Notes: generated from the sequence alone by a model not told the origin. A stretch of DNA of 33,102 nt from Octopus bimaculoides (GCF_001194135.2 NC_068988.1:26973039-27006140), one strand, 5' to 3'. Positions 11,762-23,858 are shown, numbered from the stretch's first letter. Program-made: numbers and translations.

Positions 11762-11778
11762 CTCTCTCTCTCTCTCTC

Positions 11779-11877
<99 letters not shown>

Positions 11878-11882
11878 CTATC

Positions 11883-11914
<32 letters not shown>
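11762..11914. repeat. (TC)n with (TATC)n interruption
   Basis: Direct reading. Confidence 0.95.
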
Positions 11915-11918
<4 letters not shown>

Positions 11919-12283
11919 TCTATTCCCCTTTGCATGATTATTATTGCTTTCAACACTTAACTCACCTCTCCCTCTCACTTTACATCACTCTCTTTCTTTC
12001 TTTCTCCCCCCCTCTTTCCTTCTGTCTGTGGTACCTCGATTCTTCATTGTATCTCATTTCTTCATCTCACCTTCACAATTACAATTATAACTTTACTGTT
12101 TCCCTTGTTTTAGCTTCTTTTTGTGAGCTCTTTCTCGAGAAAAATTTATATATTTTAGTACAAAAACTAATTAGAAACATTACGTTGGAAAATTATATTT
12201 AATAATTACAAAATGTCTCTAAATATATTTATTAAATTGGACAAACATTTGCTGATGAAAATTACTTTTACACACACACATAC

Positions 12284-12319
<36 letters not shown>

Positions 12320-12333
12320 GCACATATATATAT

Positions 12334-12718
12334 NNNNNNNNNNNNNNNNNNNNNNNNNNNNNNNNNNNNNNNNNNNNNNNNNNNNNNNNNNNNNNNNNNN
12401 NNNNNNNNNNNNNNNNNNNNNNNNNNNNNNNNNNNNNNNNNNNNNNNNNNNNNNNNNNNNNNNNNNNNNNNNNNNNNNNNNNNNNNNNNNNNNNNNNNNN
12501 NNNNNNNNNNNNNNNNNNNNNNNNNNNNNNNNNNNNNNNNNNNNNNNNNNNNNNNNNNNNNNNNNNNNNNNNNNNNNNNNNNNNNNNNNNNNNNNNNNNN
12601 NNNNNNNNNNNNNNNNNNNNNNNNNNNNNNNNNNNNNNNNNNNNNNNNNNNNNNNNNNNNNNNNNNNNNNNNNNNNNNNNNNNNNNNNNNNNNNNNNNNN
12701 NNNNNNNNNNNNNNNNNN
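12334..12718. other. Assembly gap (385 N)
   Basis: N run. Confidence 0.99.
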
Positions 12719-12788
12719 TAGATAGTTACATCGATAGATGCATGTATGCATATACGTATATAGGATAGATATATATAGATGTATATAG

Positions 12789-12833
<45 letters not shown>

Positions 12834-12962
12834 AGCAGACATACATACATACATACGTACATACATACATGCATATATACATACGAACAATGATACATGA
12901 GAAAAATGAATAAAATTATAGAAAAACGATGGAATGATTTTTGTTGATGTTATTCTTCTTCG

Positions 12963-12985
12963 TATTATTATTATATTATCATCAA

Positions 12986-13030
<45 letters not shown>

Positions 13031-13084
13031 TATTATTATTAATATTATTATTATTATTATTATTATTATATTACTATTATTATT
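12963..13084. repeat. (ATT)/(ATC) compound microsatellite
   Basis: Direct reading. Confidence 0.95.
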
Positions 13085-13297
13085 AAGGTGACGAGCTGGC
13101 AGTATCGTTAGCACGCCGGATAAATGCTTAGCGGTATTTTGTCTGTCGTTAGGTTCTGAGTTCAAATACCGCCGGGGTCGACTTTGCCTTTCAGCCTTTC
13201 GGGGTCGATAAATTAAGTATTAGTTGAATACTGTGATCGATGTAATCGAAACATCCCGTTCCCCAAAATGGCTACCTTTGTGGCGAAATTTAAAACC
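13085..13297 (+). mobile_element. SINE family A
   Basis: GGTGACGAGCTGGCAGTATCGTTAGCACGCCGG...GTCGACTTTGCCTTTCAGCCTTTCGGGGTCGATAAATTAAGTA; (ATT)n on both sides. Confidence 0.9.
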
Positions 13298-13315
13298 ATT
13301 ATTATTATATTGTTG

Positions 13316-13476
13316 TTTTTTTTCTTTCTTTCTTCAAATTTTCTTCCATTTCTCGCCGAGTGTTTTCCGTACACCTAGGGCAGAGAAACTCGTTGTATGC
13401 AGTTTCTCTGCCCTATGTGTACGGAAAACACTCGGCAAGAAATGGAAGAAAATTTGAAGAAAGAAGAAAAAAAAAA
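13316..13476. repeat. Long fold-back inverted repeat (about 65-75 bp arms, 10-nt spacer)
   Basis: 13326-13390 is the reverse complement of 13401-13465 with only 2 mismatches; the T/A tracts extend the arms. Confidence 0.95.
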
Positions 13477-13668
13477 TCATTATTATTATTATTATTATTA
13501 CCACTACTACTACTACTATTATGACAGCCACTACCTATTAACGGTTAAAAAATAGAAAGTTGATATAGTTGTCACCTTAACGCTTATTATCATTATTATT
13601 GTTGTTGTTGTTGTTGTTGTCTCTGCCGTTGATGTTTTTGTTATTGTTGTTGATATTACTACTGCAAC

Positions 13669-14049
13669 GTGGAGGCACAATGACCCCGTGTTTAGGGCAG
13701 CGGACTCGCGGTCGTGGGATTGTGATTTCGATTTCCAGACCGGGCGTTGTAATGTTTATTGAGCAAACAACACCCAAAGCTCCACGAGGCTCCGGCAGGG
13801 GGGTGATGGCGAGACCTGCCGTACTCTTTCACCAAAACTTTCTCTCACTCTTCCTGTTTCTGTTGTACCTGTATTTCAAAGGGCCAGCCTTGTCACACTC
13901 TGTGTCACGCTGAATAAACCTCGAGAACCACGTTAAGTGTACACGTGTCTGTGGAGTGCACAGACACTTGCACGTTAATTACACGAGCCGGCTGTTCCGT
14001 TGATCGAATCAACTGGAACCCTCGTCGTCGTAACCGACGGAGTGCCACG
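13669..14049 (+). mobile_element. Full-length tRNA-derived SINE, family C, with 11-bp target-site duplication
   Basis: tRNA-like head (A-box-like TGACCCCGTGT, B-box-like ATTTCGATTTCC). Direct repeat ACTACTGCAAC at 13658-13668 and 14050-14060. Confidence 0.85.
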
Positions 14050-14452
14050 ACTACTGCAACAACAACAATAGTGGAGCAACTATTGCTGTTCGTATTGCTT
14101 ATACTAATGTTATAATGTTAGTAATATTACTACAGCGTTATTCTTAATATTTATTCATGTCCAAATTTGTTTCCTTGCCAAATCGACTATTGTATTTTGC
14201 CGCTAGCAGAAGATAAAAAAATACAATTAGCCACATACATATAGACAAACATTTATACACTTCTTCTTACAATATATAGACTTGCATGAACAAGCAAATA
14301 AGCTTAAACATTCGTGCAATGGCTCATATACACAGGATATATTTATATATATTTTGTACACGCAAATCGATAAAACTAAATAATTTGAGTGCTAAAGAAC
14401 ACAATTGTTACGTTGGTATACTCATGAAGTTATTGCATATATGCGTATCTGC

Positions 14453-14454
<2 letters not shown>

Positions 14455-14483
<29 letters not shown>

Positions 14484-14555
14484 TGTATGTATGCATGTAT
14501 GTATGCATGTATGTATGTATGTATATATGCACGTATGTATGTATGTATGCATGTA
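14455..14555. repeat. (TATG)n microsatellite
   Basis: Direct reading. Confidence 0.95.
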
Positions 14556-14688
14556 TGAATCAATTCATCATTATACAGACAAAACAATTATTAGATACAT
14601 ACATATAAACTTACATACTCTGAGATACAGAAAATATTTAAATTAAAACATTTTCATAGGTCTATATGCATACATGAGTGTGTATCTG

Positions 14689-14720
<32 letters not shown>

Positions 14721-15457
14721 NNNNNNNNNNNNNNNNNNNNNNNNNNNNNNNNNNNNNNNNNNNNNNNNNNNNNNNNNNNNNNNNNNNNNNNNNNNNNNNN
14801 NNNNNNNNNNNNNNNNNNNNNNNNNNNNNNNNNNNNNNNNNNNNNNNNNNNNNNNNNNNNNNNNNNNNNNNNNNNNNNNNNNNNNNNNNNNNNNNNNNNN
14901 NNNNNNNNNNNNNNNNNNNNNNNNNNNNNNNNNNNNNNNNNNNNNNNNNNNNNNNNNNNNNNNNNNNNNNNNNNNNNNNNNNNNNNNNNNNNNNNNNNNN
15001 NNNNNNNNNNNNNNNNNNNNNNNNNNNNNNNNNNNNNNNNNNNNNNNNNNNNNNNNNNNNNNNNNNNNNNNNNNNNNNNNNNNNNNNNNNNNNNNNNNNN
15101 NNNNNNNNNNNNNNNNNNNNNNNNNNNNNNNNNNNNNNNNNNNNNNNNNNNNNNNNNNNNNNNNNNNNNNNNNNNNNNNNNNNNNNNNNNNNNNNNNNNN
15201 NNNNNNNNNNNNNNNNNNNNNNNNNNNNNNNNNNNNNNNNNNNNNNNNNNNNNNNNNNNNNNNNNNNNNNNNNNNNNNNNNNNNNNNNNNNNNNNNNNNN
15301 NNNNNNNNNNNNNNNNNNNNNNNNNNNNNNNNNNNNNNNNNNNNNNNNNNNNNNNNNNNNNNNNNNNNNNNNNNNNNNNNNNNNNNNNNNNNNNNNNNNN
15401 NNNNNNNNNNNNNNNNNNNNNNNNNNNNNNNNNNNNNNNNNNNNNNNNNNNNNNNNT
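14721..15457. other. Assembly gap (737 N), probably hiding the 3' UTR of the adjacent Tx1-like copy
   Basis: N run; LINE-like sequence begins at its right edge. Confidence 0.95.
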
Positions 15458-15767
15458 TTTTCTCGATTTACAGGGTCATGCTCAAAGAGGTATCGCCACT
15501 CGCACGCACCATCTTTGCTACATTCATCCACCTTTTATTGAAACTTTCATCAGACAAAACCTGCCTTTCCATTCTCACCTTCCTTTTCAAGTGATATTTG
15601 AAAAAGTTGATGAGTGATTGGCCAGAGAGGTAAGTTTTCGTCTCTAATCCTTTCGCTCGGGTCCACCACACATATTTTTTCACCATGGCCACCAGTATAA
15701 TGAAAACTGCCTTCCCTGTTGAGGGACGGTGGCGAAGCAATTTGCACGATAGACTCGGCGGACAGGC
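15458..15767 (-). mobile_element. 5'-truncated Tx1/L1-type LINE, ORF2 C-terminal fragment (copy 1)
   Basis: Homologous to about 32720-33009 ([16 protein letters not shown]...WWTRAKG...LINF.KYHLKRKVR.ERQ.LS.ESF.KRW.NVAKMVRAS.DTSLSM). Has a 5-nt frameshifting deletion relative to copy 2. Confidence 0.8.
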
Positions 15768-15810
<43 letters not shown>

Positions 15811-15811
15811 T

Positions 15812-15869
<58 letters not shown>

Positions 15870-15923
15870 GGATATACAGAAAGACAGTTAGACAGATATA
15901 TAGATAGACAGACAAACAGACAT

Positions 15924-15982
<59 letters not shown>
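15768..15982. repeat. (GATA)n/(GACA)n compound microsatellite
   Basis: Direct reading; starts at the base where LINE homology ends. Confidence 0.95.
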
Positions 15983-15998
15983 TCGATTTCTATACAAT

Positions 15999-16083
15999 AA
16001 AAATGAGAACCAAAAACATGAGTGAAATAAGGTTGAAATTTCATTTCAACCTTCTTTCACTCCGGTTTTTGTTTCTTATTTTT
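15999..16083. repeat. In-register inverted repeat (41-bp arms, 3-nt loop)
   Basis: 36 Watson-Crick pairs, 1 G-T and 4 mismatches, no gaps. Confidence 0.9.
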
Positions 16084-16300
16084 TCAGTTGCTTTGATTTT
16101 TTTAAATATTATTTTTGCTATTTTCATTTACTCTTTGTTACTGTTTCTTGCAATAAAGTTCCTTGAAATGTTAGCATGATCTTTGTGTTGTTGAGGCAAA
16201 CTGAGAACAGGAAAAAAACGAAGAACAAAATGTCAGTATATAAGTAAAGGAAGACAACCTGCCCAAAGCATTGTGACTTAATAAAGTTTTTTCCTTGCCA

Positions 16301-16341
<41 letters not shown>

Positions 16342-16580
16342 GCCAGCTTGTCTGTCTATCTGTCTGTCTGTCTGTCTATCTGTCTATCTATATGTGCAAA
16401 AAGTGAAAAGAATATGTCAAACCTAACATATACGTGTATCCACGTGTTAAGAATTATTTGTGTGTGAATTGTATGTTAGACAACACATGTGCTTATGTGA
16501 GTATTTTTTTATAACCATAGAAATAAGTGACATTATTCCATAATATATCAGGCAAATGACTGAAACAAGTAAAATATATA

Positions 16581-16612
<32 letters not shown>

Positions 16613-16770
16613 NNNNNNNNNNNNNNNNNNNNNNNNNNNNNNNNNNNNNNNNNNNNNNNNNNNNNNNNNNNNNNNNNNNNNNNNNNNNNNNNNNNNNNNN
16701 NNNNNNNNNNNNNNNNNNNNNNNNNNNNNNNNNNNNNNNNNNNNNNNNNNNNNNNNNNNNNNNNNNNNNN
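16613..16770. other. Assembly gap (158 N)
   Basis: N run. Confidence 0.99.
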
Positions 16771-16839
16771 ATATACATACATAAATATATATATATATAT
16801 GTACATACATACATATATATATGTACACACACATGCACA

Positions 16840-16884
<45 letters not shown>

Positions 16885-17617
16885 TGTATTATGTATATTA
16901 TTGAGCGTGTGGGATGTTGCAGTGTGCACGTACGTTTCTGTTTGTGTCTATATCTTTTGCATTTGTTACGTGTGTGAGCGTGTGTGTATGTGTTTGTGTG
17001 TATGGGTGTTAATATTCGTGTGCATTGTTCTATTAGTTAAAGTGTAAATTGTATAAAAATAAATAGAAATATAATAGAAATACAAAATGTATAAGTATGA
17101 ATATAATATATATATATATATATAAGTATAATATAAGCATAATTTCGAAATACAGTAAATAAGAAACAAAGGTTGGAATTTGAGAAAAATCAATGATGAG
17201 GAAAGGAATACTGAAAACAGTCTTAAACTGATAGACAATTTTTTTAAACATATAGATAAATGCCTTGAAAAGATTTTATACATGTTTTCTAAATTATAAT
17301 ATGTCACTATGTGAAGCTTTGTGCAACTCAGCTGAAGTAATAAATGATACCCTCGAGCAAAAGCCAATCAAACTGTAACTGTTTTGTCATATGCTTGACA
17401 AATATTTTAGAATATCTGACTATGTTTTTTGTAGTGAAAATATATCCATTTGATATAGCTCTTGAGATAATATTATTAAGCTAATACTTCATTAAATATA
17501 TCATTACGGAAAGATTTAATACTGGGCATTAACCCATATAGCACTTCCAGCAGAGTATACCGCTATAAACTACACATATGTCTGCCACATATACAGTCTG
17601 TAGTGTGCACGGGCTCA

Positions 17618-17758
17618 TTAGCCTGTCACGGGATTGACTCCGAAGCAAAGTCACTCACAGACGTCCCAATGGACCCAGGGCTAATGAGGCATTTCAACTC
17701 CTTAGTGGCTCATCTAAGAGAAGGTTACTCCGTACAAATCCTGCACCCTGATAACTAC
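17618..17758 (+). repeat. Diverged 141-bp module, copy A (unidentified; possibly old transposon coding sequence)
   Basis: Gap-free alignment to 20009-20149; 28/47 aa identical in the + frame. Confidence 0.8.
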
Positions 17759-18448
17759 GGTTCTTGTGACATTTGTTGCATTTGACCTATACAAATCTGA
17801 AGCGGGAGAGACTTGAACTAGCTCTACAAAAATCATGCTCACAATAATAATATTTATTGTACCTCTGAGTGACTCAGACAGCTTGGTCTCTCTTCTTATT
17901 GTCGTGATGGTCAAGGGGTTAACGTCACTTTGAAGTTGCTTATCGGTCACTTTTACATCCAGTTGATTCTGAGATGCTATTTTATGCAGTGGCCTTCGGT
18001 CACTTTTATTAACCCATCACATAATGTGGAGATGAATCTTCTATATATAAAATCTCCGTTCTCTCATGATCGCTTCATCTTCTAAAAAATGTCGTAAGAA
18101 GAATACATACTGGTTTAGTTACCTTCGGTTCCTAAATAAGAGAAGAACTTTCAAATTGGTCAGCGATCGTGCAATGAGCCACGATGCATACGCAATTAAC
18201 ATTTGTTTTCGGATTAATTGTATTGTTGACGAATCCTAAGCCTGGGCATACTTTGATGAAAGGCGTTCCAGATTGTGACCACCCACTCTATCAGTGTGTG
18301 TATTTCATTTGCTTTTGTATACTTGTGTCGTTTATCTTTTCTGGTAACTACAATCCCCATTGAATAATTTGAAAGATCTGGCTGCCATTCCTAGTAAATA
18401 AGATGAGACTGTTAACTCGAAGGACTTAGTAAAGATAGAGCATCTACT

Positions 18449-18520
<72 letters not shown>
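18449..18520. repeat. (GTA)n microsatellite
   Basis: Direct reading. Confidence 0.97.
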
Positions 18521-19532
18521 AACGATTAATGTGCAATATTAAGATTACAGAAGGCCTGTTTCAGTTGATTTATTTATGAGGAATGTCTTATTTTTCACTT
18601 TTTTTTGTTTTCATTTTTACTTTTTTCCTCGGAAGGTAACTTTCAACAAAGAGGCGAGTTACTCTGTGAACTATTTAAACTGTTCTATTTTTATGTATTT
18701 TAATATGTAAAATTTATGTTCTTTTCTCTCGTTTTTTCTTTGCCATAAATTTACCCAACGCTGCTCGTCTTATCGACAGTTTTCTGCCATTAAATTCATG
18801 AATTATAATTGTCTCTTCGACAATTTTCTTTTGTGAAGCTAATATCGATAGATCTAACTCTCTTTAAATGCATATCAGACGAAGAAAATTCATAAAGATT
18901 GGTCCCGATTACCTACTATGAAATTTAAATGTGTCTTATTAATGTGCAGTTTTTCACATTAAAGAAGTTACTTTGATATCATCATATGACAACAGCAAAT
19001 TTCTAGGCTTCCATAGATATAAACTTTAATATCTATTCCGTTGTTTACTGTCGTTGTTATTGAAGTTGTTTGTAAGCAATAATTCTTCATTATATTTACC
19101 AGTGACATGTAATAAACTGTACTTGGCTAAGAGGATAATATATCAGATATACATGTAGCATTCTGTCATGCTTTAGTTAAATGACATGCACATGTCTAGT
19201 CTTTTTTGTCTACACTTAGATATATTTGCCTTCCCTTCACCAATCAAAATCATACCTTGCCCAGTAAAAATGCAGTCCAAATACTGGACAATAGATGGCG
19301 GGTCGATCTGCGGATGTAAATATGTTATTTTAGGTATACATTTTATATATACATATAGAAATATGATCTCTGCACATTTGTAAAAGAAATTAAGTGTGGA
19401 AATTTTTGTACAAATGACAGTTTTTCTCTCGACCAGATATATATTTTACGGTGACATAATTTGATTTGAATTTCAGAAAAAATGGTTTACTATATTCGTT
19501 CCATCTCTACTCATTGAAAATAATTCACACTG

Positions 19533-19575
19533 TCAATTTTTGCCTTTCATCCTTTCGCAGTTGATGAATAAGGGA
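19533..19575 (+). mobile_element. SINE family A core fragment
   Basis: TTTTGCCTTTCATCCTTTCGCAGTTGATGAATAAG matches the family A core. Confidence 0.6.
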
Positions 19576-19584
19576 AAAATTCAT

Positions 19585-19730
<146 letters not shown>

Positions 19731-20008
19731 ACTCTTTCTCTCTTTTCTAACTATTTCTCATTGGAAGAAATCGGTTGAGATCGAAGCTGGAGAGGGATAC
19801 ACACCACCAGGTGTAAAATGCCCAAGACACAGTGCCCGTACGACCCCACCGGAAGTTGAGGCGTGAAGGAAGAGAGGTATATTTAGCTTGAGTATAACTA
19901 TTAATTGCATCCACTAGAGAGGCTCTAGTTGGGGAGTTCCACTATTGTTCCTAGGTTTACTCTGATCCTGAATAACAGCATTTGCAAAGGTCCCAGCGAA
20001 TTGTTAAT

Positions 20009-20149
20009 TTAGCCAGTCATAGAATTGTCCCCGAAAGAAAGCCACTAAGAAACAACCCAACGTATCCAAGACAGATGAGACACTTCAGTTCTTTAGCAAC
20101 TCATTTAAGAGAAGGTAACTCCATACATATTCTGCATCCTGATAACTAC
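20009..20149 (+). repeat. Diverged 141-bp module, copy B
   Basis: See copy A; the last 75 nt are 81% identical (61/75). Confidence 0.8.
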
Positions 20150-21097
20150 TGGGCTCATGGTACGTGTTGAACCAGACCAGTTTGTAGGACATGAGAGTGG
20201 GAATGATTCTTCACAAGCTTTGCCCATTATAAGGATAAACCCCTAATGCTTTCAGGGGTAATTTATAGAGCATTTGAAAAGGATTGAGATAGTAAACCCT
20301 GATGGAAAATTCAAAGGGAAGGGAAGACCCTAATGTAGATATGTACCAATATCTGACATCCCTCGCGAGTTATCTTAACTTAGTGATGTATTCATAAGTC
20401 GAGAAGTATCAAGTGTACATGAGGTAAGACACTTGCTTTTAAAAACAACTCAGGCACAGCAGACGTGGTTCAATTACTATCTCTGCAATACCGTCGACCA
20501 ACAACAAAAAGGGCCAACTAAACCATATTTAGTGCTTGTCAACACAAAACTAGTTGCGAAATGTACTCTTTGACAATCGTACGGATATATGACAGAAATG
20601 TCAAAACACTAGACTATATGTGAATCATACAAAATGTCTAACGTATATTTTATGTGCAAAACTAATACACTTTCAATAGATGCAAAAACATTTCGTGTAA
20701 ATGAAATACATATGTATTCAATTACTCTTAAAATATTTGAAATCCGTATTATTTAAAATCTTGTAACGACTAGCTTCATGAATAGACAAATAATATTATT
20801 TACTGTGTTTTTATTTAGATAGTATCGTATAGAATTTAGTACAAGGTTTTGAATGAAAACAGCTGTGCTTTGAAATTACACAAGAAACATATTTATATAC
20901 AATGATACTAACTTGAAATCTATTTATATGAAGACACAGTTGTTAAAGTCCAAATATGGATAATTTCTTCTCCAATCTGAAAAAAAAAGAATATGTACAT
21001 AAGTATATGGATGGGTTCAGATATGTGTACGCATATTAATATGCATACGTTGGTGTGTGTTTGATAAAGTGATAGAGAGAGAGAGAGGCAATGTTCT

Positions 21098-21164
<67 letters not shown>

Positions 21165-21301
21165 CATATGTACATATATGCATGTAATAGACATGGAGAA
21201 AGATGATTCAGTAGGGAATAAAGCGAGAGATACGAAGAGTATACGGCATATATAGCTAATTATATAGAATTTAGTAAATCAAGAAGGCAGGCTGACAAGA
21301 T

Positions 21302-21378
<77 letters not shown>
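21302..21378. repeat. (GATA)n microsatellite
   Basis: Direct reading. Confidence 0.97.
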
Positions 21379-22179
21379 GTTAAGGCTTAAGCAGGGTTGG
21401 TAGGACAACATTCATGTCTAACTGCAGTCCCTCAAAGACTGATGATGTGAATTAGTAGGAAACAGCTATTCTTGCGTTGCAGGAGAGATGCATAATAATG
21501 TCTAATTATTCCTAGCCAAAAAATCTCACCTGAATGCTCGCATCAGAGTAGACCTCTAAGAGTACCCATGTGCTAAGAGGAGGTGTTAAATTGCATTGAG
21601 CATTAGTTCTATCACTCAAGATCAAATAGACTACATCCACACAATTTCATAGCACCTGGGCTACATTATAGAAAGATACATCTATCTTCAGTCAGCACTG
21701 ATTCACTCATCACTCATTCGGAATAACACGGTACGTTAATTATGTTTCGTGTCGCGCTTATTATAGATCTGTGATAAAACGGGTCGGCGATCAATCAAAG
21801 ATTCTGCTTGGACCGCAAAAGCATGCCATAGCAACCTTCCACAATGCTCAAGACAACTTTCAGGTCGAAACATATTTTGTCCCATATGTTCTATTATTCA
21901 TTTATCACTGATTCATTTGACACGATGTATTTATGTTAAACCAAGCATCCGTGATAAACGAGGATAGATTATATAGTATATCTTTAACTGCATTATTATA
22001 TTAGGTTCTTCATGAGTAATTTGAAGGCGTTTAGATCTCTGCCTCTTGGCCATTTAAAAGCTCTTTCATTACCGTGAAATGTAAAATAATCGATAATGTT
22101 CTGATTTAATTCATTGATCACGATATTATTTGAAAACAAACAAGCGTGATAAACGAAGAAAGACGTCCAACAAATCACG

Positions 22180-22236
22180 TGAGATCGAAACTGGGACCAT
22201 GTGAATCGAAGCGAACTTGTTAATCACATAGACATG
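22180..22236 (-). mobile_element. SINE family B head fragment (degenerate)
   Basis: GATCGAAACTGGGACCATGTGAATCGAAGCGAACTTGTTAATCACA resembles 9378-9425. Confidence 0.5.
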
Positions 22237-22304
22237 TTTTCGGTACGTGAGAAATAAAGTAATAAAGAAACAAATAAACATTATATATACATATATTTTG
22301 GGGT

Positions 22305-22306
<2 letters not shown>

Positions 22307-22383
<77 letters not shown>

Positions 22384-22400
22384 TGTATTTATATATATAT
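22307..22400. repeat. (TA)n microsatellite
   Basis: Direct reading. Confidence 0.95.
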
Positions 22401-23312
22401 AAAGGATGTGTAGTAAAATAAAGTCAAGGAGCATAAAAACAACAATAAACAATACAACGTTTGATAAATGCGACCAAAAAACTATTTTAACAGAAATGGA
22501 TCTATTTAAAATATAAATGTATTGAGTTATGTTCACTATAACAATGAAATGTGTTATATTGGATATGACGTAGAAGTATTCTTTAGTGTTGGTCTTCAAA
22601 ATGACTAAAGTACTCTTAACATAGAATTTATTCTAAATCATTGGTTCTTGACATAAAATACCACTTTATTGCTAATGTTATATGATTTCCCCAACACTTT
22701 TTTTTATATATTTTCTTGTTGAATAGATTCTTGTGATACTGGTTACAGAATTCTCATTTACATAAGTTTATACGTTCTCAGAGAGTTGGTAGGTAGTTAT
22801 CTGTTTTATATGCCTGATTTTGTGTTGTGTCTCGTGTGATGTTTATATCTACCTCAGGGTTTATATTGGTATTATATATGTATATTTTATCTCCTACGTA
22901 CTCCGCTTGATCTAGCTTTTTATTTCACTATTTATACGTATCTTTATATACGTATACATAAATGTATATATACATACATATGTAAGTATGTATCTATGTA
23001 TGTATGCACGTATGTATTGTGATTTACTGAGTGGAAATTTTACACCGAACGTATATGACGTGTGTCTGTGCGTTCCATTGTATTTGTTACTGTTTATGTA
23101 TACGTCTTTGAGTAGCCTGCGTTACAAACTCTGGACATGAAATTCTGTCACAAGAGATGTGATATGTTTATGAGTATGAGTGTGTGCCTGTGCATGTAAG
23201 AATTTATGTATGTGTATATGGATGCATTTGTGAATACGTATAAATCATGCTAACGCACATGGAGTAAACTGCGCTAACACATACATAAAGAGCTAAGACA
23301 TGGCAAGTGCGA

Positions 23313-23350
<38 letters not shown>

Positions 23351-23538
23351 NNNNNNNNNNNNNNNNNNNNNNNNNNNNNNNNNNNNNNNNNNNNNNNNNN
23401 NNNNNNNNNNNNNNNNNNNNNNNNNNNNNNNNNNNNNNNNNNNNNNNNNNNNNNNNNNNNNNNNNNNNNNNNNNNNNNNNNNNNNNNNNNNNNNNNNNNN
23501 NNNNNNNNNNNNNNNNNNNNNNNNNNNNNNNNNNNNNN
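23351..23538. other. Assembly gap (188 N)
   Basis: N run. Confidence 0.99.
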
Positions 23539-23570
23539 TGTGTGTGTGTGTGTGTGTGTGTTGGTACGTT

Positions 23571-23601
<31 letters not shown>

Positions 23602-23858
23602 ATGTATGTGTGTAGGTGGGTGCGTGTGTGTATGTGCGTGCGGTTTGCGCGTAATTGTGCGTTTCATGACATCATATTGCTCTGTGATCAATTCAATATT
23701 TATTCTTCAAATCTCAAAGTATATATATATATATATATATTGATATATTTTGGTCGCGAGATCTATCCATGTTCATGCCGAACAGCAATTTTCAAAAACA
23801 ATTGTTGCGGACACCAAGAATTCCCGCCTCACTTCAACCAGGCGTACATACATACATA

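Noticed and set aside
13671-13745. tRNA-like sequences as real tRNA genes (also about 30135-30205)
   Set aside because: No complete cloverleaf; they continue into SINE bodies.
17193-17232. Box C/D-like motifs (ATGATGA...CTGA); also GTGATGA near 3423 and TGATGA near 21440
   Set aside because: Spacing is too short or the D box is missing, and there is no terminal stem.
17943-18008. Short direct repeats (TCGGTCACTTTTA at 17943/17996; GTTAAGGTGTTGC at 25314/25385; AATGAAAGAGTACTA at 30327/30351)
   Set aside because: Only two copies each; consistent with local duplication, not a CRISPR or regulatory array.
8500-18400. Weak shared motif TT(T)GRCTGC...TTCTAGC near 8636, 9115, 9796 and 18378
   Set aside because: Probably fragments of another old repeat, but too short and diverged to define boundaries by eye.
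21379-21720. Unique sequence abutting the (GATA)n at 21302-21378 as a possible third Tx1-like junction
   Set aside because: No similarity to the Tx1-like 3' UTR or ORF, and no recognisable translation.
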